A DNA stretch of 64,000 nucleotides from an uncultured bacterium (lineage in GTDB: Bacteria > AUK180): assembly GCA_937863565.1 (NCBI GenBank), contig CALMGJ010000009.1, positions 62,001-126,000 on the forward strand. Reading direction: 5' to 3'. Both the position numbers and the translations under genes were made by a program. The notes under the pieces were generated by a model. It was not told the DNA's origin, did not search any database, and was given only the letters and a program-made list of their open reading frames with translations. Positions 37,426 through 47,546 of this stretch are shown one piece after another; position 1 is the stretch's first letter, and each line of letters begins with the position of its first letter.

Positions 37426-37772
37426 GTATATTATTTAAGCACTTTTATATTTCTTTTTCAAGCCCCATTATCCAGTAGAAATTCGTGCGGGGTTTTGTAT
37501 TTTGGGAATAATAATTAAATTATTAAATATTATGACCGGCGAGCGGAAAATTAAGATATAAAATTATACGCTGGAATCCGTATGGGCAGATAAATGTAGA
37601 ATTGACGGCAGTATGTTCTGCGGTGCAGGAAGCGGATGATCGTTTATTATTTTTTCCGATGACGGGAACCGAAGTGATCTTTGTTTTTCCAAAAGAGGGC
37701 TTTTCTACAAGTAAAATAGGAGCTCTTTTAACGGAATTCCGCACCAAGACGACTAAAAAGTCGAAACAGGCC

Positions 37773-37801
37773 TTGACTACTAAATAAATTTTTAGTATAA
37801 T
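37773..37801 (+). promoter_or_regulatory. dinB sigma70 promoter with embedded palindromic operator
   Basis: TTGACT-N17-TATAAT; TACTAAA-N6-TTTAGTA at 37778-37797 spans the spacer. Confidence 0.8.
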
Positions 37802-37818
37802 ATATCAAAAGGGCGCAT

Positions 37819-38955
37819 ATGATACTGCACTGCGATCTCGACTCATTCTTCGTTTCCGTGGAGGAGGCTAAGAACCCGGCTCTTAAAAGAAAGATCACGG
37901 CGGTCGGCGGGAATGTTTATGGAAGAGGGGTCATCGCAAGCGCATCCTACGGGGCAAGGCAATACGGGATCAGGGCGGGGATGCCCGCCTATACCGCTCT
38001 GAAGATCTGTCCGGCGCTCATCATCATCGATCCCGATTTCCGCTCTTACGGCGATTTTTCGAAAAGGTTTTTTGAGATACTTTCTTCCTTCAGTCCCGAT
38101 ATTGAGGTGATGTCGGTGGACGAAGCCTATCTCGATACGAAGGGAATGGAGTGGCTGTTCACCGGGCCCCGAAAGATCGCCGAGGGCATTAAGGCCGCAA
38201 CAAAGGAAAAACTCGGCATCAATGTAACGATAGGCGGCGGAAGCAGAAAGTACATCGCCAAGGCGGCGTCAAGAGTATCAAAACCCGACGGACTGCTTCT
38301 TGTGGAAGACGAACAGGCCTTCATCGCCGAACTGCCCGTGACCCGGATATCACAGGTCGGCGAGAAGTTTGGAAATGTCCTGGCCGCGATGGGGATCAGA
38401 ACGGTGAGGGATGTCCTTTCATACGACAGGGATTTCTGGGAACGAACGCTCGGCAAAAAAGGCGCCTGGCTTTACGATGTGGCTTCTCTGGGATCGGCCG
38501 ACGATATCTGCAGATCCGATCCCCTCCCCCGCTCGCTTGGGAATTCGCTCACATTTGCTTCGGACCTTCTTTTCGAAAAAGCTGACGAGGAATTAAAAAA
38601 ACTATGCGGGAAAGTCGGGAGGAGGCTCCGGAGAGACGGGTTGAGGGGCAGGACAGTGGAACTCACCGTGCGTTATGATGATTTCACCACTCTTACGAAT
38701 TCCCTGACCCTGAGCTTCCCTACGGATATGAGCGGGTTCATCTACAACGCCGCGCGGGGTATGTTCGAAAAGTATTCCGGTTACGATGGCAAATTCCGTC
38801 TGCTGGGGGTCACTGTATCGAACATCTCCGAAGCACTTTTTGACGAATGCGACCTTTGGACCTGCAAAAGAACGGAAAGAACGCGGAAGATCTACACCGC
38901 GATAGACGCGATACAAAAGAAATATCCCGCGCTCAGGCTTGATTATCTCGGTTGA
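37819..38955 (+). CDS. dinB: DNA polymerase IV (Y family)
   Basis: ILHCDLDSFFVSVE, ASYGARQYGI, SVDEAYLD, KPDG, little finger RY.DF...T, RLLGV. Confidence 0.95.
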   Translation: MILHCDLDSFFVSVEEAKNPALKRKITAVGGNVYGRGVIASASYGARQYGIRAGMPAYTALKICPALIIIDPDFRSYGDFSKRFFEILSSFSPDIEVMSVDEAYLDTKGMEWLFTGPRKIAEGIKAATKEKLGINVTIGGGSRKYIAKAASRVSKPDGLLLVEDEQAFIAELPVTRISQVGEKFGNVLAAMGIRTVRDVLSYDRDFWERTLGKKGAWLYDVASLGSADDICRSDPLPRSLGNSLTFASDLLFEKADEELKKLCGKVGRRLRRDGLRGRTVELTVRYDDFTTLTNSLTLSFPTDMSGFIYNAARGMFEKYSGYDGKFRLLGVTVSNISEALFDECDLWTCKRTERTRKIYTAIDAIQKKYPALRLDYLG

Positions 38956-38959
38956 ACGG

Positions 38960-39847
38960 TCATTTTCTGGGTTCTATGTGTATAGTAGCCGTGATATCGA
39001 GTTTTTCCTTTATGCCGTGTTCAAGGCGGGTGGCCATTTGGTGCGCCTCATCCACCCTCATCTCGCCGCGAACCCTGATATGCATCGTGATCTCGATATA
39101 GTTTCCGTATCTGTGCATATGTATATGATGGGGATCGACAGGCCCGGCAAGTTCTTCGGAGCAGATCCTTTTTACCTTCTCCACCGTATCCTTGTCCGGC
39201 GCTTCGCCTATGATAATGCTGGCAGAACCGTTCAAGATCTTCCAGGCCACGTATATAATGACCGCCGATACGATGGCGCCGAGGATGCCGTCAACGACCG
39301 GTACCTTCCGTCCGATGAAAACGCCGATGATAATGATGAAATTCGTGATCGCGTCGGACCGGTGATGCCAGCCGTCGGCGATGAGGGAGTTCATCCCCAT
39401 TCTCTTTCCTTCTTTGATGGAGTACGCCGCCAGCATCTCCTTGAACAAACCGGTAACAAGGAAAACGAGAAGTGAGATCATCGTGAAATCGGGAGGTACC
39501 GGATGGATGATGCGGGAAACGGACTGTTTGAAAAAACCAAGTCCTACGATCGCAAGTATCGTTGCGATGACCGATGCGGCTATCAGTTCGGCGCGGCCGT
39601 GGCCGAAAGGATGTTCCTTATCGGGGGGCGCGGATGCGGCAATAATGCCAACTATCAATATTACTGAAGTGAATGCATCCGAAAGCGTATGCCAGGAATC
39701 GGCTATCATTGCGATCGAACCCACGGCGATACCAACCCAGATCTTCAGCGCGAAACATACGGCGTTCACGGCGATGGACAGTATCCCTATCCGTATCGAA
39801 GATCTGCCGTAATTCTCTTTTACCATATTATTTCCATCCATATTCAC
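38960..39847 (-). CDS. Cation diffusion facilitator (FieF-like)
   Basis: S.AMIAD.WHTLSD, D..HPFGHGRAE, DGWHHRSD, C-terminal H.EP. Confidence 0.92.
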   Translation of the reverse strand: MNMDGNNMVKENYGRSSIRIGILSIAVNAVCFALKIWVGIAVGSIAMIADSWHTLSDAFTSVILIVGIIAASAPPDKEHPFGHGRAELIAASVIATILAIVGLGFFKQSVSRIIHPVPPDFTMISLLVFLVTGLFKEMLAAYSIKEGKRMGMNSLIADGWHHRSDAITNFIIIIGVFIGRKVPVVDGILGAIVSAVIIYVAWKILNGSASIIIGEAPDKDTVEKVKRICSEELAGPVDPHHIHMHRYGNYIEITMHIRVRGEMRVDEAHQMATRLEHGIKEKLDITATIHIEPRK

Positions 39848-39908
39848 ATTTTACATCTTTCAGATCTATTATTCAAATACATCATTTCTCCGGAGGCCAT
39901 GTCTATTT

Positions 39909-41012
39909 TCAGAAGATCGGATAATAGCACAGCCGGGAATCGATGGCCCCGTTCTTCACCGGTATCTTCCTTTTGGCCCTGAGGCCTATGTTCTTTATAA
40001 AATCATTGTTGGCTGAAAAGATATGAACCGCCCATCCTTTGAAATCATGCTTCAATTTATCCCCGAGATATTTCGGGAACTCTTTTTCCATATCCGTTCT
40101 TTCGCCGTACGGCGGATTGATGAGAAGAAGCCCCTTGTCTGCGGGTGCGGTTTTTTTTAAAAAGTCGCCCATCCTGAAATCTATGCCGCCGTAACGCGAG
40201 AATAACCCAAGGCTCTCCCCGGCGCCGTGCAGGGCTTTCGGTGAGATGTCATTCCCGATTATCCCCTTTTTATATTTGATATCGATGCGGCGCTTTTCCT
40301 TTCTGATCAGTGTTTCGGCATTGTCCGTAAGCGGTGCCAGCCCAAAATCCTTTCTCAAGACCTGCGGCTGGATCCCGTTCTTGATGAGGAATGCCTCTAT
40401 CGGTATCGTGCCCGTTCCGCAGAATCCGTCATAGAATAATTCCCTTCCGTCCCACCCTGAAAGACGTATCAGGCCCGCGGCCAGATTTTCTTTCATCGGA
40501 GAGAAGTGGCCGCGTGTGCGGTACCCCCTGTGATAAAGAGGGTGGTAGGAAGAATCTATGAACACCTTCATAGAATTTCCCTCGATATAAAGAGAGATCC
40601 TGACATCCGGCCTTTCCTTGTCAACAGAAGGACGGCTGCCGGTCTTTTCCCTGAAATGGTCGGCGATCGCATCCTTTACCCGAAGAAGCGGCATATTGAG
40701 CCCCTTGAATCCGTGGCGGCCGTTCAATTCGAGTTCGAAGGTTCTCCGCGGGTTAAGAAAGGATGACCATTTCAGTTTTTTCGCTTCGGCATACAGGTCA
40801 TCAAGATCGCCGAATGTGAATTGCGCGAATCTGACGAGCACCCTTGTAGCTATGCGGGAATTGATGTTCATTTTCACGATATCGCTCAGTTCTCCCTGTA
40901 TCTCAATATATGCATAATGACTGCCGCACGTGATCCTTCCGGTTATTTCGCGGATCTCTTCCGAGAGTATCTCTTCAAGTCCGGGATGTGTCGTTACTAC
41001 TATGTCGTACAT
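39909..41012 (-). CDS. THUMP-domain rRNA m2G methyltransferase (RlmL-like)
   Basis: GLE.IL..E, KDAI.D, L..RGYR, P.KENLAA, D.FCGTGT, NPPYGER. Confidence 0.88.
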   Translation of the reverse strand: MYDIVVTTHPGLEEILSEEIREITGRITCGSHYAYIEIQGELSDIVKMNINSRIATRVLVRFAQFTFGDLDDLYAEAKKLKWSSFLNPRRTFELELNGRHGFKGLNMPLLRVKDAIADHFREKTGSRPSVDKERPDVRISLYIEGNSMKVFIDSSYHPLYHRGYRTRGHFSPMKENLAAGLIRLSGWDGRELFYDGFCGTGTIPIEAFLIKNGIQPQVLRKDFGLAPLTDNAETLIRKEKRRIDIKYKKGIIGNDISPKALHGAGESLGLFSRYGGIDFRMGDFLKKTAPADKGLLLINPPYGERTDMEKEFPKYLGDKLKHDFKGWAVHIFSANNDFIKNIGLRAKRKIPVKNGAIDSRLCYYPIF

Positions 41013-41017
41013 GGATA

Positions 41018-42031
41018 TTACCTCCGCATCTGATACAATCTCACGTTCAGCCTGTGGTCCTTGTAATTAGTTGAAAAGATATGCGTGCCGTCGTTTTTGG
41101 ATACATAGTAGAGATAGGCGGAACTTGCGGGTGCGTAGGCCGCTTCGATCGCCTTAAGTCCGGGATTGCAGATCGGGCCGGGAGGCAGACCGTAATGCAT
41201 ATACGTATTGTACGGAGAGTCGTAGTATTTATTCTGCGCTGTTATGTTCATCGTGACGATATTATCTCTTCTCAGAGCGTACAGGATGGTAACATCGAGC
41301 TGAAGCTTCATCCTGATCTTGAGCCGGTTGTATATCACCGATGAGATAAGAGCCTCCTCGTTCCTCCCGGTCTCCTTTTCGATGAGCGAGGCGATGATGA
41401 TGTGGTCATGCAGTTCATCCGCTTTATCGGGTGCGGCGAACCTTAAGACCACCTGCCTGAACCGGTCCAGCATCTTATGAAGGACAGCTCCGGGTTCCTC
41501 ATTCTTATAGAAGAGATATGTATCCGGGTATATGTATCCCTCCAGATTTTCCGATGGATATTTGATGAGGTATCGTTCGCACAGGGCCTTATCGGAGACG
41601 ATCTTCTTTTCGAGCCGGTAGAACTCTTCCGTGCTGTTCAATACGCCGTTGTTCTTCAATTTCCTTGCGATCTGATCGCGGCGCATCCCTTCGTAAAGCA
41701 CTATCTTCACGGTGTTCACGACCGTTCTTCCCATGGCGAGTATTTCTACGGTCTCGTAAAGCGACTGCCGGAAGGACATCTCATAATCTCCGAACTTCAT
41801 TTTTTTTCTTCCCGCTCTGATAAGTAATGCGGCGGATATGGTGTTATTGATCAAGCCGGCATTGGAAAGGTCCCTTAAAATATCCTTTTCGCTGGCGTTC
41901 TTTCTTACGGTGACTGGTATCCTCTCGGTAAGCCCCGGACCGCAGAGATAGTGAGCCGGGATGAGTTCAATGGCCGTAAAAAAAAGAAAGATGGCCAGAA
42001 CGGTAAGGATCCTATTTTCTGCCTTGTGCAT
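41018..42031 (-). CDS. mltG: Endolytic transglycosylase MltG
   Basis: N-terminal TM, EGY.YPDTY, ASLIEKET, NRL...M.LQ.D, SPYNTY...GLPPGPICNPG. Confidence 0.93.
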   Translation of the reverse strand: MHKAENRILTVLAIFLFFTAIELIPAHYLCGPGLTERIPVTVRKNASEKDILRDLSNAGLINNTISAALLIRAGRKKMKFGDYEMSFRQSLYETVEILAMGRTVVNTVKIVLYEGMRRDQIARKLKNNGVLNSTEEFYRLEKKIVSDKALCERYLIKYPSENLEGYIYPDTYLFYKNEEPGAVLHKMLDRFRQVVLRFAAPDKADELHDHIIIASLIEKETGRNEEALISSVIYNRLKIRMKLQLDVTILYALRRDNIVTMNITAQNKYYDSPYNTYMHYGLPPGPICNPGLKAIEAAYAPASSAYLYYVSKNDGTHIFSTNYKDHRLNVRLYQMRR

Positions 42032-42422
42032 CGAGGTAATCCTGGAGGATGAGCGCGGCGGAGGCGGAGTCCACTATCTTTTTCATTTCACGTCTGTCCT
42101 TCTTAAGCGGCTTCAGGTTTTCAGCGGCAATACGTGTCGTATGCCGTTCGTCAAAAAAAATAATGTCCTTCTTCAGCAGTTTCTTCAATTTATCTCCGAA
42201 TGCGCGGACAGCGGCGGATGAAACCGATTCCGTGCCATTATCATTAACGGGAAGCCCTATCACGATAAACCCCACTTCGTCCTTTTCCGTTATTTCTTTG
42301 AGCTTAGCCATACATGATCCGTCATTCTTGAGCGCGGGACGCGGGAAGGCGATGCCTCCGTTCGGATCCGATACCGCGATGCCGAGCCAGGCCTTTCCCC
42401 AATCAATCCCTAAAATTCTCAT
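42012..42422 (-). CDS. ruvX: YqgF/RuvX RNase H-like nuclease
   Basis: ILGIDWG...GIAVSD, VIGLP, DER.TT, D..SAALILQ.YLD. Confidence 0.92.
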   Translation of the reverse strand: MRILGIDWGKAWLGIAVSDPNGGIAFPRPALKNDGSCMAKLKEITEKDEVGFIVIGLPVNDNGTESVSSAAVRAFGDKLKKLLKKDIIFFDERHTTRIAAENLKPLKKDRREMKKIVDSASAALILQDYLDAQGRK

Positions 42423-43725
42423 ATGAGCCGATCTCCTTCATCCATTCTTTTTCGCTGACCGCGCCGTCGAATTGAGAGGTAAGACTGCCGTATTCCGTCT
42501 GTGAACGGGAGTATACGGTCTCTTTCTTCGTTTCATTGAACAGAAGTTCGAAACTGAACTTGTTCTTAAGTTCGAATTGCCCCGTATATTTTAAAGAGAT
42601 CGTCAGCATCCGGTCACCGCCTTTTTGATCGCCGCTTTCGTAAACGAGTTCGAACGGGAAGACCTTCTTTCTGCTTATCACATTGATCTTCCCGTATTTT
42701 ACAGGCAGCATGTTCTTGATGAGATATATAAGGGAATAATTATCCTGCGCATACACCGGAAGAGAAACCCTTTCCTTGCCCTTATAGAGCGCATAGTACT
42801 CCTCGGGAAAGAATTCCGTCCAGCGAACCGCCTTGTACGATCCCTCGCTGAGGTTCTCATAAAGGTACAGCGTGGCAAAATCCCCTTTTCTCAATTTTAC
42901 GGAGACATAATCCCGCATCTTGAACATCAGATCGAAAAACGGCGCCGTTTTCGTATGCACATAGAGGGTATAATGATCCCCTTCGTCTTTCAGATAAGTA
43001 TAGGTCGTGCCGGCCTTGATCTTGCCGAAATAAACAGTGTACTTATAGGCGCGTCCGATATCGGAGGCGGCTATCTCGACCGGCCTTTTCTCGAAAATCC
43101 CGTATTTGAGCGCGATATTTCCCGGAAGGTAGCCGATATCCCTGTATAGCGCATAGAATATCTCTTCGCCGTTCAGAAGGATTGATTTCACCGAATCCCC
43201 GCTTATTTCAAATACCGTATTCTTCTCCTTGAAGATGATTCGGCCGTCCTTGAAGGTCCCTGCGCATACGGAGGGATGCATGGTATTCGTTTTGAACGAT
43301 TTCCGGAGCAGTTCGCAGGTATCCCTCCACTGATCCGCATTGCCGTCATAACAGTATGAGGCATAATCCGGATAAAGAAGGCCGAGAATGGTCCCGTACA
43401 TCTGGGAGTAAACGGAAAAAATGAAAAGCCTGGACAATTTCATCGGGTCTTTCTTCAGATGTTCAAGTTCTTTGTTCAGAACGGCGAGAAACGCCGCATC
43501 GCCCGCGGAGGAGGACGATATCAGATAGAAACCTCTCTCCCAGCTTTTTACAGGCTCATAATTCAGATAAGCGCAGCCGGCATAGAACTTGTCATCACAT
43601 GTCTTTAATTTTTCTAAAGGTATTTTAATGATGGGCTCATATCTTCCTGCGAGGAAATCCTCTTTTATCCCGCAGAATGAAGCGGCGGAAAAGATAATAA
43701 GGAAGAGCAGCGCGACACGTTTCAT
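42403..43725 (-). CDS. Exported protein with C-terminal DUF3108-like domain
   Basis: Signal peptide; Y.VYFG.IKAG, T.PFFD..FK.RD, EG.Y pattern. Confidence 0.6.
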   Translation of the reverse strand: MKRVALLFLIIFSAASFCGIKEDFLAGRYEPIIKIPLEKLKTCDDKFYAGCAYLNYEPVKSWERGFYLISSSSAGDAAFLAVLNKELEHLKKDPMKLSRLFIFSVYSQMYGTILGLLYPDYASYCYDGNADQWRDTCELLRKSFKTNTMHPSVCAGTFKDGRIIFKEKNTVFEISGDSVKSILLNGEEIFYALYRDIGYLPGNIALKYGIFEKRPVEIAASDIGRAYKYTVYFGKIKAGTTYTYLKDEGDHYTLYVHTKTAPFFDLMFKMRDYVSVKLRKGDFATLYLYENLSEGSYKAVRWTEFFPEEYYALYKGKERVSLPVYAQDNYSLIYLIKNMLPVKYGKINVISRKKVFPFELVYESGDQKGGDRMLTISLKYTGQFELKNKFSFELLFNETKKETVYSRSQTEYGSLTSQFDGAVSEKEWMKEIGSYENFRD

Positions 43726-44876
43726 TTTTTTATCAGTTCATATGTTATCGCGGCAAATACCTCTGCGAAGTTCATTAGATTGTCCAGATCGATACACTCA
43801 TCGGGCATATGTGCGCAATCCCCGCCGGCACCCCAGCCTACAGCCGGGATGTTCTTTTTAATGAATGTTTTACAGACTGTGGCGCCTCCAAGACCTATGA
43901 GTTTGGGTTCGATCCCCGTCGCTTCCTTTGTCATCCGTGAGATCAGTTTAACGATCTCGCATTCGGGATCGACTTCGCTGGGTTCGATATTTGAAATGAT
44001 CTCTGCGCGGATGCCGTATTCGGAAAGATACGCCTCTAGAGAGCTTCTGATTTTTTCCGCGTTCATCCCCGGAAGATATCTTATATTCACAACAGCTTCA
44101 CATTTATCGGGGACCATATTGGGTGCCGAACCGCCGTTTATCAGACCCATGTTCATCGTCGGCGCGCTGAGGAATCTGTGCTTCTCGAATTCAAATGTGA
44201 ATTCACGCAGCTTTTTCACCGCGTCGGACATTTTGTATATGGCATTATCTCCGAGTTCCGGTGTTGAGCCGTGAGCGGACCTTCCCGATGCGGTAAGTTT
44301 AATGTCCAGAACGCCTTTTTCGGCAATATCAACAACGGTCATATTTCCGCCAATATCAGGAATAACAGCGTATTCGCAGTCTATCAGTCCTTTTTCCATA
44401 AGGTACTCCGTTCCGAATCTGGAACCTTTTTCCTCATCTGCTACCCCTGCTGCAATAAGCGTGCCTTTGAACTCACCTTTCATCTTAAAAAGCGCCTTTG
44501 CGGCGATGAGGATCGCGGCCAGCGGGCCTTTATTGTCGGTGGTCCCTCTGCCGAACATTTTTCCGTTCTCTATCTTCGGTTCAAAAGGAGGTGCGGTCCA
44601 TTTGGACGGATCTCCTGCAGGTACGACATCTATATGCCCCGCGGCAAAGATCCTCGGTTTTCCGGTCCCGATGCGTATGATGATATTCTCCCTTTTCGGT
44701 TCTTTCCAGTGTATCTCATAGGGCATGCCGTATCGATCGCAAAAATCCGTGATCACCTTAACCCCCAGATGCTCGTTCCCGGGAAGATTGGTTGTATCCT
44801 GCCTGATCAGTTCGGAAAGCAGCTCTATCATTTCCCCGCGGGATTCCCTGACAAGTTCCCTGATATTCATTTTCAC
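43722..44876 (-). CDS. M20 metallopeptidase (ArgE/DapE family)
   Basis: GHIDVVP, GRGTTDNKG, DEE, G..AHGS.P..G.NAI, AH.PDE. Confidence 0.92.
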   Translation of the reverse strand: MKMNIRELVRESRGEMIELLSELIRQDTTNLPGNEHLGVKVITDFCDRYGMPYEIHWKEPKRENIIIRIGTGKPRIFAAGHIDVVPAGDPSKWTAPPFEPKIENGKMFGRGTTDNKGPLAAILIAAKALFKMKGEFKGTLIAAGVADEEKGSRFGTEYLMEKGLIDCEYAVIPDIGGNMTVVDIAEKGVLDIKLTASGRSAHGSTPELGDNAIYKMSDAVKKLREFTFEFEKHRFLSAPTMNMGLINGGSAPNMVPDKCEAVVNIRYLPGMNAEKIRSSLEAYLSEYGIRAEIISNIEPSEVDPECEIVKLISRMTKEATGIEPKLIGLGGATVCKTFIKKNIPAVGWGAGGDCAHMPDECIDLDNLMNFAEVFAAITYELIKK

Positions 44877-45793
44877 TCCTTTTTTATCACTTTGATGGCG
44901 CCCCTTTTGATGCAGATCTCGAAGTGCTTCAAAAAAGGTTTATACGGATCGCCGTCTATCTGTATCGGGGGCGGGGCGTCGTCGAAATCAATGAGGGCAT
45001 GGTCCGTTTTAAAGCGCACATACTCGCTTTTCGAAAGGGCTTTTCCGTGAAGGAAGGGGAATTTAAGGAAGGTCTTCACCGAAAGCGTTTTCTTTATCAC
45101 GGTTATTTCGAACCGGCCGTCATTGTATCTGGCATCCGTCACGAGCTTCACCCCTCCGTACTGCGAAGGTATATTGGAGATGATGCAGGCGATCCCGATC
45201 ACGTCCACTTCCTTTCCGTCTATCTTCAAATGATAGAGGTGATATTTCAGATTTTCAAGCGTTTTCATTATAGGCCGCACATATGACGTATATCCGGGAA
45301 GCTCGATCTTTTCCGCTGCGCGCCTGTGTATCACTTCGCCGTCAAAACCGAAGGTAAGATAATTGGCGAAATGCGCTCCGTTAACTGTGCATATATCGAG
45401 TTCGTCAAGTGCACCTTTCAGGCAGATCTCCAGGGATTTCGTCGGATTGTATACGGGCATACCGAGCGAACGGGCAAGATCATTCCCTGAACCGAACGGG
45501 AATATGCATACGGGGATCCCGCAGATATCGTTCTCCATGAGCGAAGAAAGCGTCTCCCATGATGTACCGTCGCCGCCCATCGCGATGATCCTTTCATATC
45601 CGGAAGAAACAGAACCCGAGAAATTCCTTACATATTTTCTTATATCCCCTTTGGCGTTCGTGACAACGGTCACATAATCGATCCCTCTTGCAAAGAACAT
45701 CTTTTCCATTATCTTCCGGTAGAATAGACCCGCCCGGCCGCTGCCGGCGGCGGGATTAAGAAATATAAGGAACCTGTTCTTTTTTTCACTCAC
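44873..45793 (-). CDS. Diacylglycerol/sphingosine kinase family lipid kinase (YegS/DgkB-like)
   Basis: NPAAG, GGDGT, P.GSGNDLAR.LG, GFD, YGG, DG.F, QIDGD. Confidence 0.9.
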   Translation of the reverse strand: MSEKKNRFLIFLNPAAGSGRAGLFYRKIMEKMFFARGIDYVTVVTNAKGDIRKYVRNFSGSVSSGYERIIAMGGDGTSWETLSSLMENDICGIPVCIFPFGSGNDLARSLGMPVYNPTKSLEICLKGALDELDICTVNGAHFANYLTFGFDGEVIHRRAAEKIELPGYTSYVRPIMKTLENLKYHLYHLKIDGKEVDVIGIACIISNIPSQYGGVKLVTDARYNDGRFEITVIKKTLSVKTFLKFPFLHGKALSKSEYVRFKTDHALIDFDDAPPPIQIDGDPYKPFLKHFEICIKRGAIKVIKKE

Positions 45794-47538
45794 TTTCTCA
45801 GGTCCTCCGCCAATCCCGCGAAAATATTGAGAAGCCCGGCATGTTTCTCCAGAAGTTCGTTGACTTTTTTCTGATCGCCCAGTTTTTTATAATAATAAAC
45901 TGCCGTCATGAGGCCGTATTCGTCGTTAATGGCCGAAGCAGGTGCTTCATTGAGACAGAATGCCCTTGCAAAATCGTAAAGGGCGTCCCTGATCCTTTCT
46001 TTAGCGCCTTCATCGAAAATGTACGCGAAATACCGCAATATTGACATGACCGGCAGAACGGGGTTCATTGTTGTTACCGCAATGATGTCCTCTTTCTTTA
46101 TCTCTTCCTTTTTCAAGAGCGCATCGATCACATAAAGGTCCCGGAGAGGGAAGGCCTGGGATATTTTCCCGAAATCCCGGGCATAGAAGTCGCGGGCCTG
46201 TTTCAGATAAAGGCCGTAACTTCCCGTTGGATCTGCCGGGATGGCCTGCGTGACGGGAAGATGCCCGTAAAGCAGCGCGTAATAATGGTACATATCCGCG
46301 TATTTCTCGGAATGGCCGGCCAGCAGCCGGGCGCATTCCAGGGCAAGCAAGCTTTTTCCGGGGAATCTTGTTTCGAGAAAGACCGCTGTTTCATTGATCT
46401 CTTTCTCTCTGAACACTTCGGCGCCGATGAAGTATTCAACCAGCGCGTCATAATATCCGTTCCACTTCTCTCCCCGCATCCCCCCCCAGAGTATTTGTGT
46501 AAAATTCTTCTTCAGGGAAAAATTCCGGTCCATGATTTCTTTAAAAAGCGCCTTCTCGCCCGAAAGAAAAGCGAGCCTCGTGAGTTCGGATTCGCTTATC
46601 TCCGGATATTTTCCGCTTAAAAACCTTTTTGTGATTATCGAGAAAAGAGCCGGATTCACGAACCTCTGTTCAAGATCGGACATGGTCATAGAGCGGTAAG
46701 CCGTATAGTTGGGAAGGAAGAGCGTATCCGCGGCATCCTCAAACAGCCCGAGTATGATCTGCGCGGAAATGACCATTTCATATGCCTCATGCTGAGGACG
46801 GCCGGAGGAAAGTCCGTCTTTAATAAGATCAATGACAGAGGCATATTCTCCCAGGGAGAAAATGAATCTTGCATAGATGCATTTTTTCTGGAAATTATCG
46901 CGCCGGGAGGATTCGAGAAGGGCATCGTATTTTTCTCTGTTCTCTCCATAATAGAAAGTGAGCATATATCCCTTGAAAAGAGGGTCGTTCTGATCAAAAT
47001 GCCCGAAGAGTTTTTCCGCCTGATCTTTCGGAAGGAATCCGAGATATGAAATCCGTATATCCGTAGGAACGGTATTGGAAGCAATGCTTTTTTTCAGAGC
47101 ATCCGTTATCTTGGGCCTTACTTTTTCTCCTGTCAGGAACGGTCCGGCACGGTTTATATTATCCGGAAAAAGCCTGATGTTCTTTTCTATCATGAATTCA
47201 AGCAGTTCGGAGCCCTCGGCCGGCGTACTCTCGCTAAGGTCCGCGCGAAGCACGGCGTTAAGAAAGGAGGGATTTCCCGGGCGTTCGCTGATCGCTCTTT
47301 TTATAAAATCGTTCCAGCCCGTCGGATTCCCCGATGTCCTGTATATCTCCGCAAGAAGGGCGATCAAAGCCGGGTCAGGCGCATTGCTCGAAAATATCCC
47401 GTTCTTTACCGTCTCTTCTGCTTTATCGAACTCCCAGACGGCCATGAGCCTTCTTGCTTCATCGGCAACGACGGAGTTCTGGGCATAGCCGAGGCAGACG
47501 GAGAAAAAGATTAAAAATACCGCAAGGGCTCTTTTCAT
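45790..47538 (-). CDS. Exported alpha-helical (TPR-like) hypothetical protein
   Basis: Signal peptide MKRALAVFLIFFSVCLGYA; helical repeats. ORF track start is 47556. Confidence 0.65.
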   Translation of the reverse strand: MKRALAVFLIFFSVCLGYAQNSVVADEARRLMAVWEFDKAEETVKNGIFSSNAPDPALIALLAEIYRTSGNPTGWNDFIKRAISERPGNPSFLNAVLRADLSESTPAEGSELLEFMIEKNIRLFPDNINRAGPFLTGEKVRPKITDALKKSIASNTVPTDIRISYLGFLPKDQAEKLFGHFDQNDPLFKGYMLTFYYGENREKYDALLESSRRDNFQKKCIYARFIFSLGEYASVIDLIKDGLSSGRPQHEAYEMVISAQIILGLFEDAADTLFLPNYTAYRSMTMSDLEQRFVNPALFSIITKRFLSGKYPEISESELTRLAFLSGEKALFKEIMDRNFSLKKNFTQILWGGMRGEKWNGYYDALVEYFIGAEVFREKEINETAVFLETRFPGKSLLALECARLLAGHSEKYADMYHYYALLYGHLPVTQAIPADPTGSYGLYLKQARDFYARDFGKISQAFPLRDLYVIDALLKKEEIKKEDIIAVTTMNPVLPVMSILRYFAYIFDEGAKERIRDALYDFARAFCLNEAPASAINDEYGLMTAVYYYKKLGDQKKVNELLEKHAGLLNIFAGLAEDLRK

Positions 47539-47546
47539 TATTATAA

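Noticed and set aside
37523-37787. Short ORFs on both strands upstream of dinB
   Set aside because: No RBS or motif, they overlap one another, and one runs into the dinB promoter.
32663-37789. CTAAATAAAT on both sides of the island as an att site or target duplication
   Set aside because: It is only 10 nt, very AT-rich, and lies in AT-rich spacers. The right copy is part of the dinB promoter, so chance is likely.
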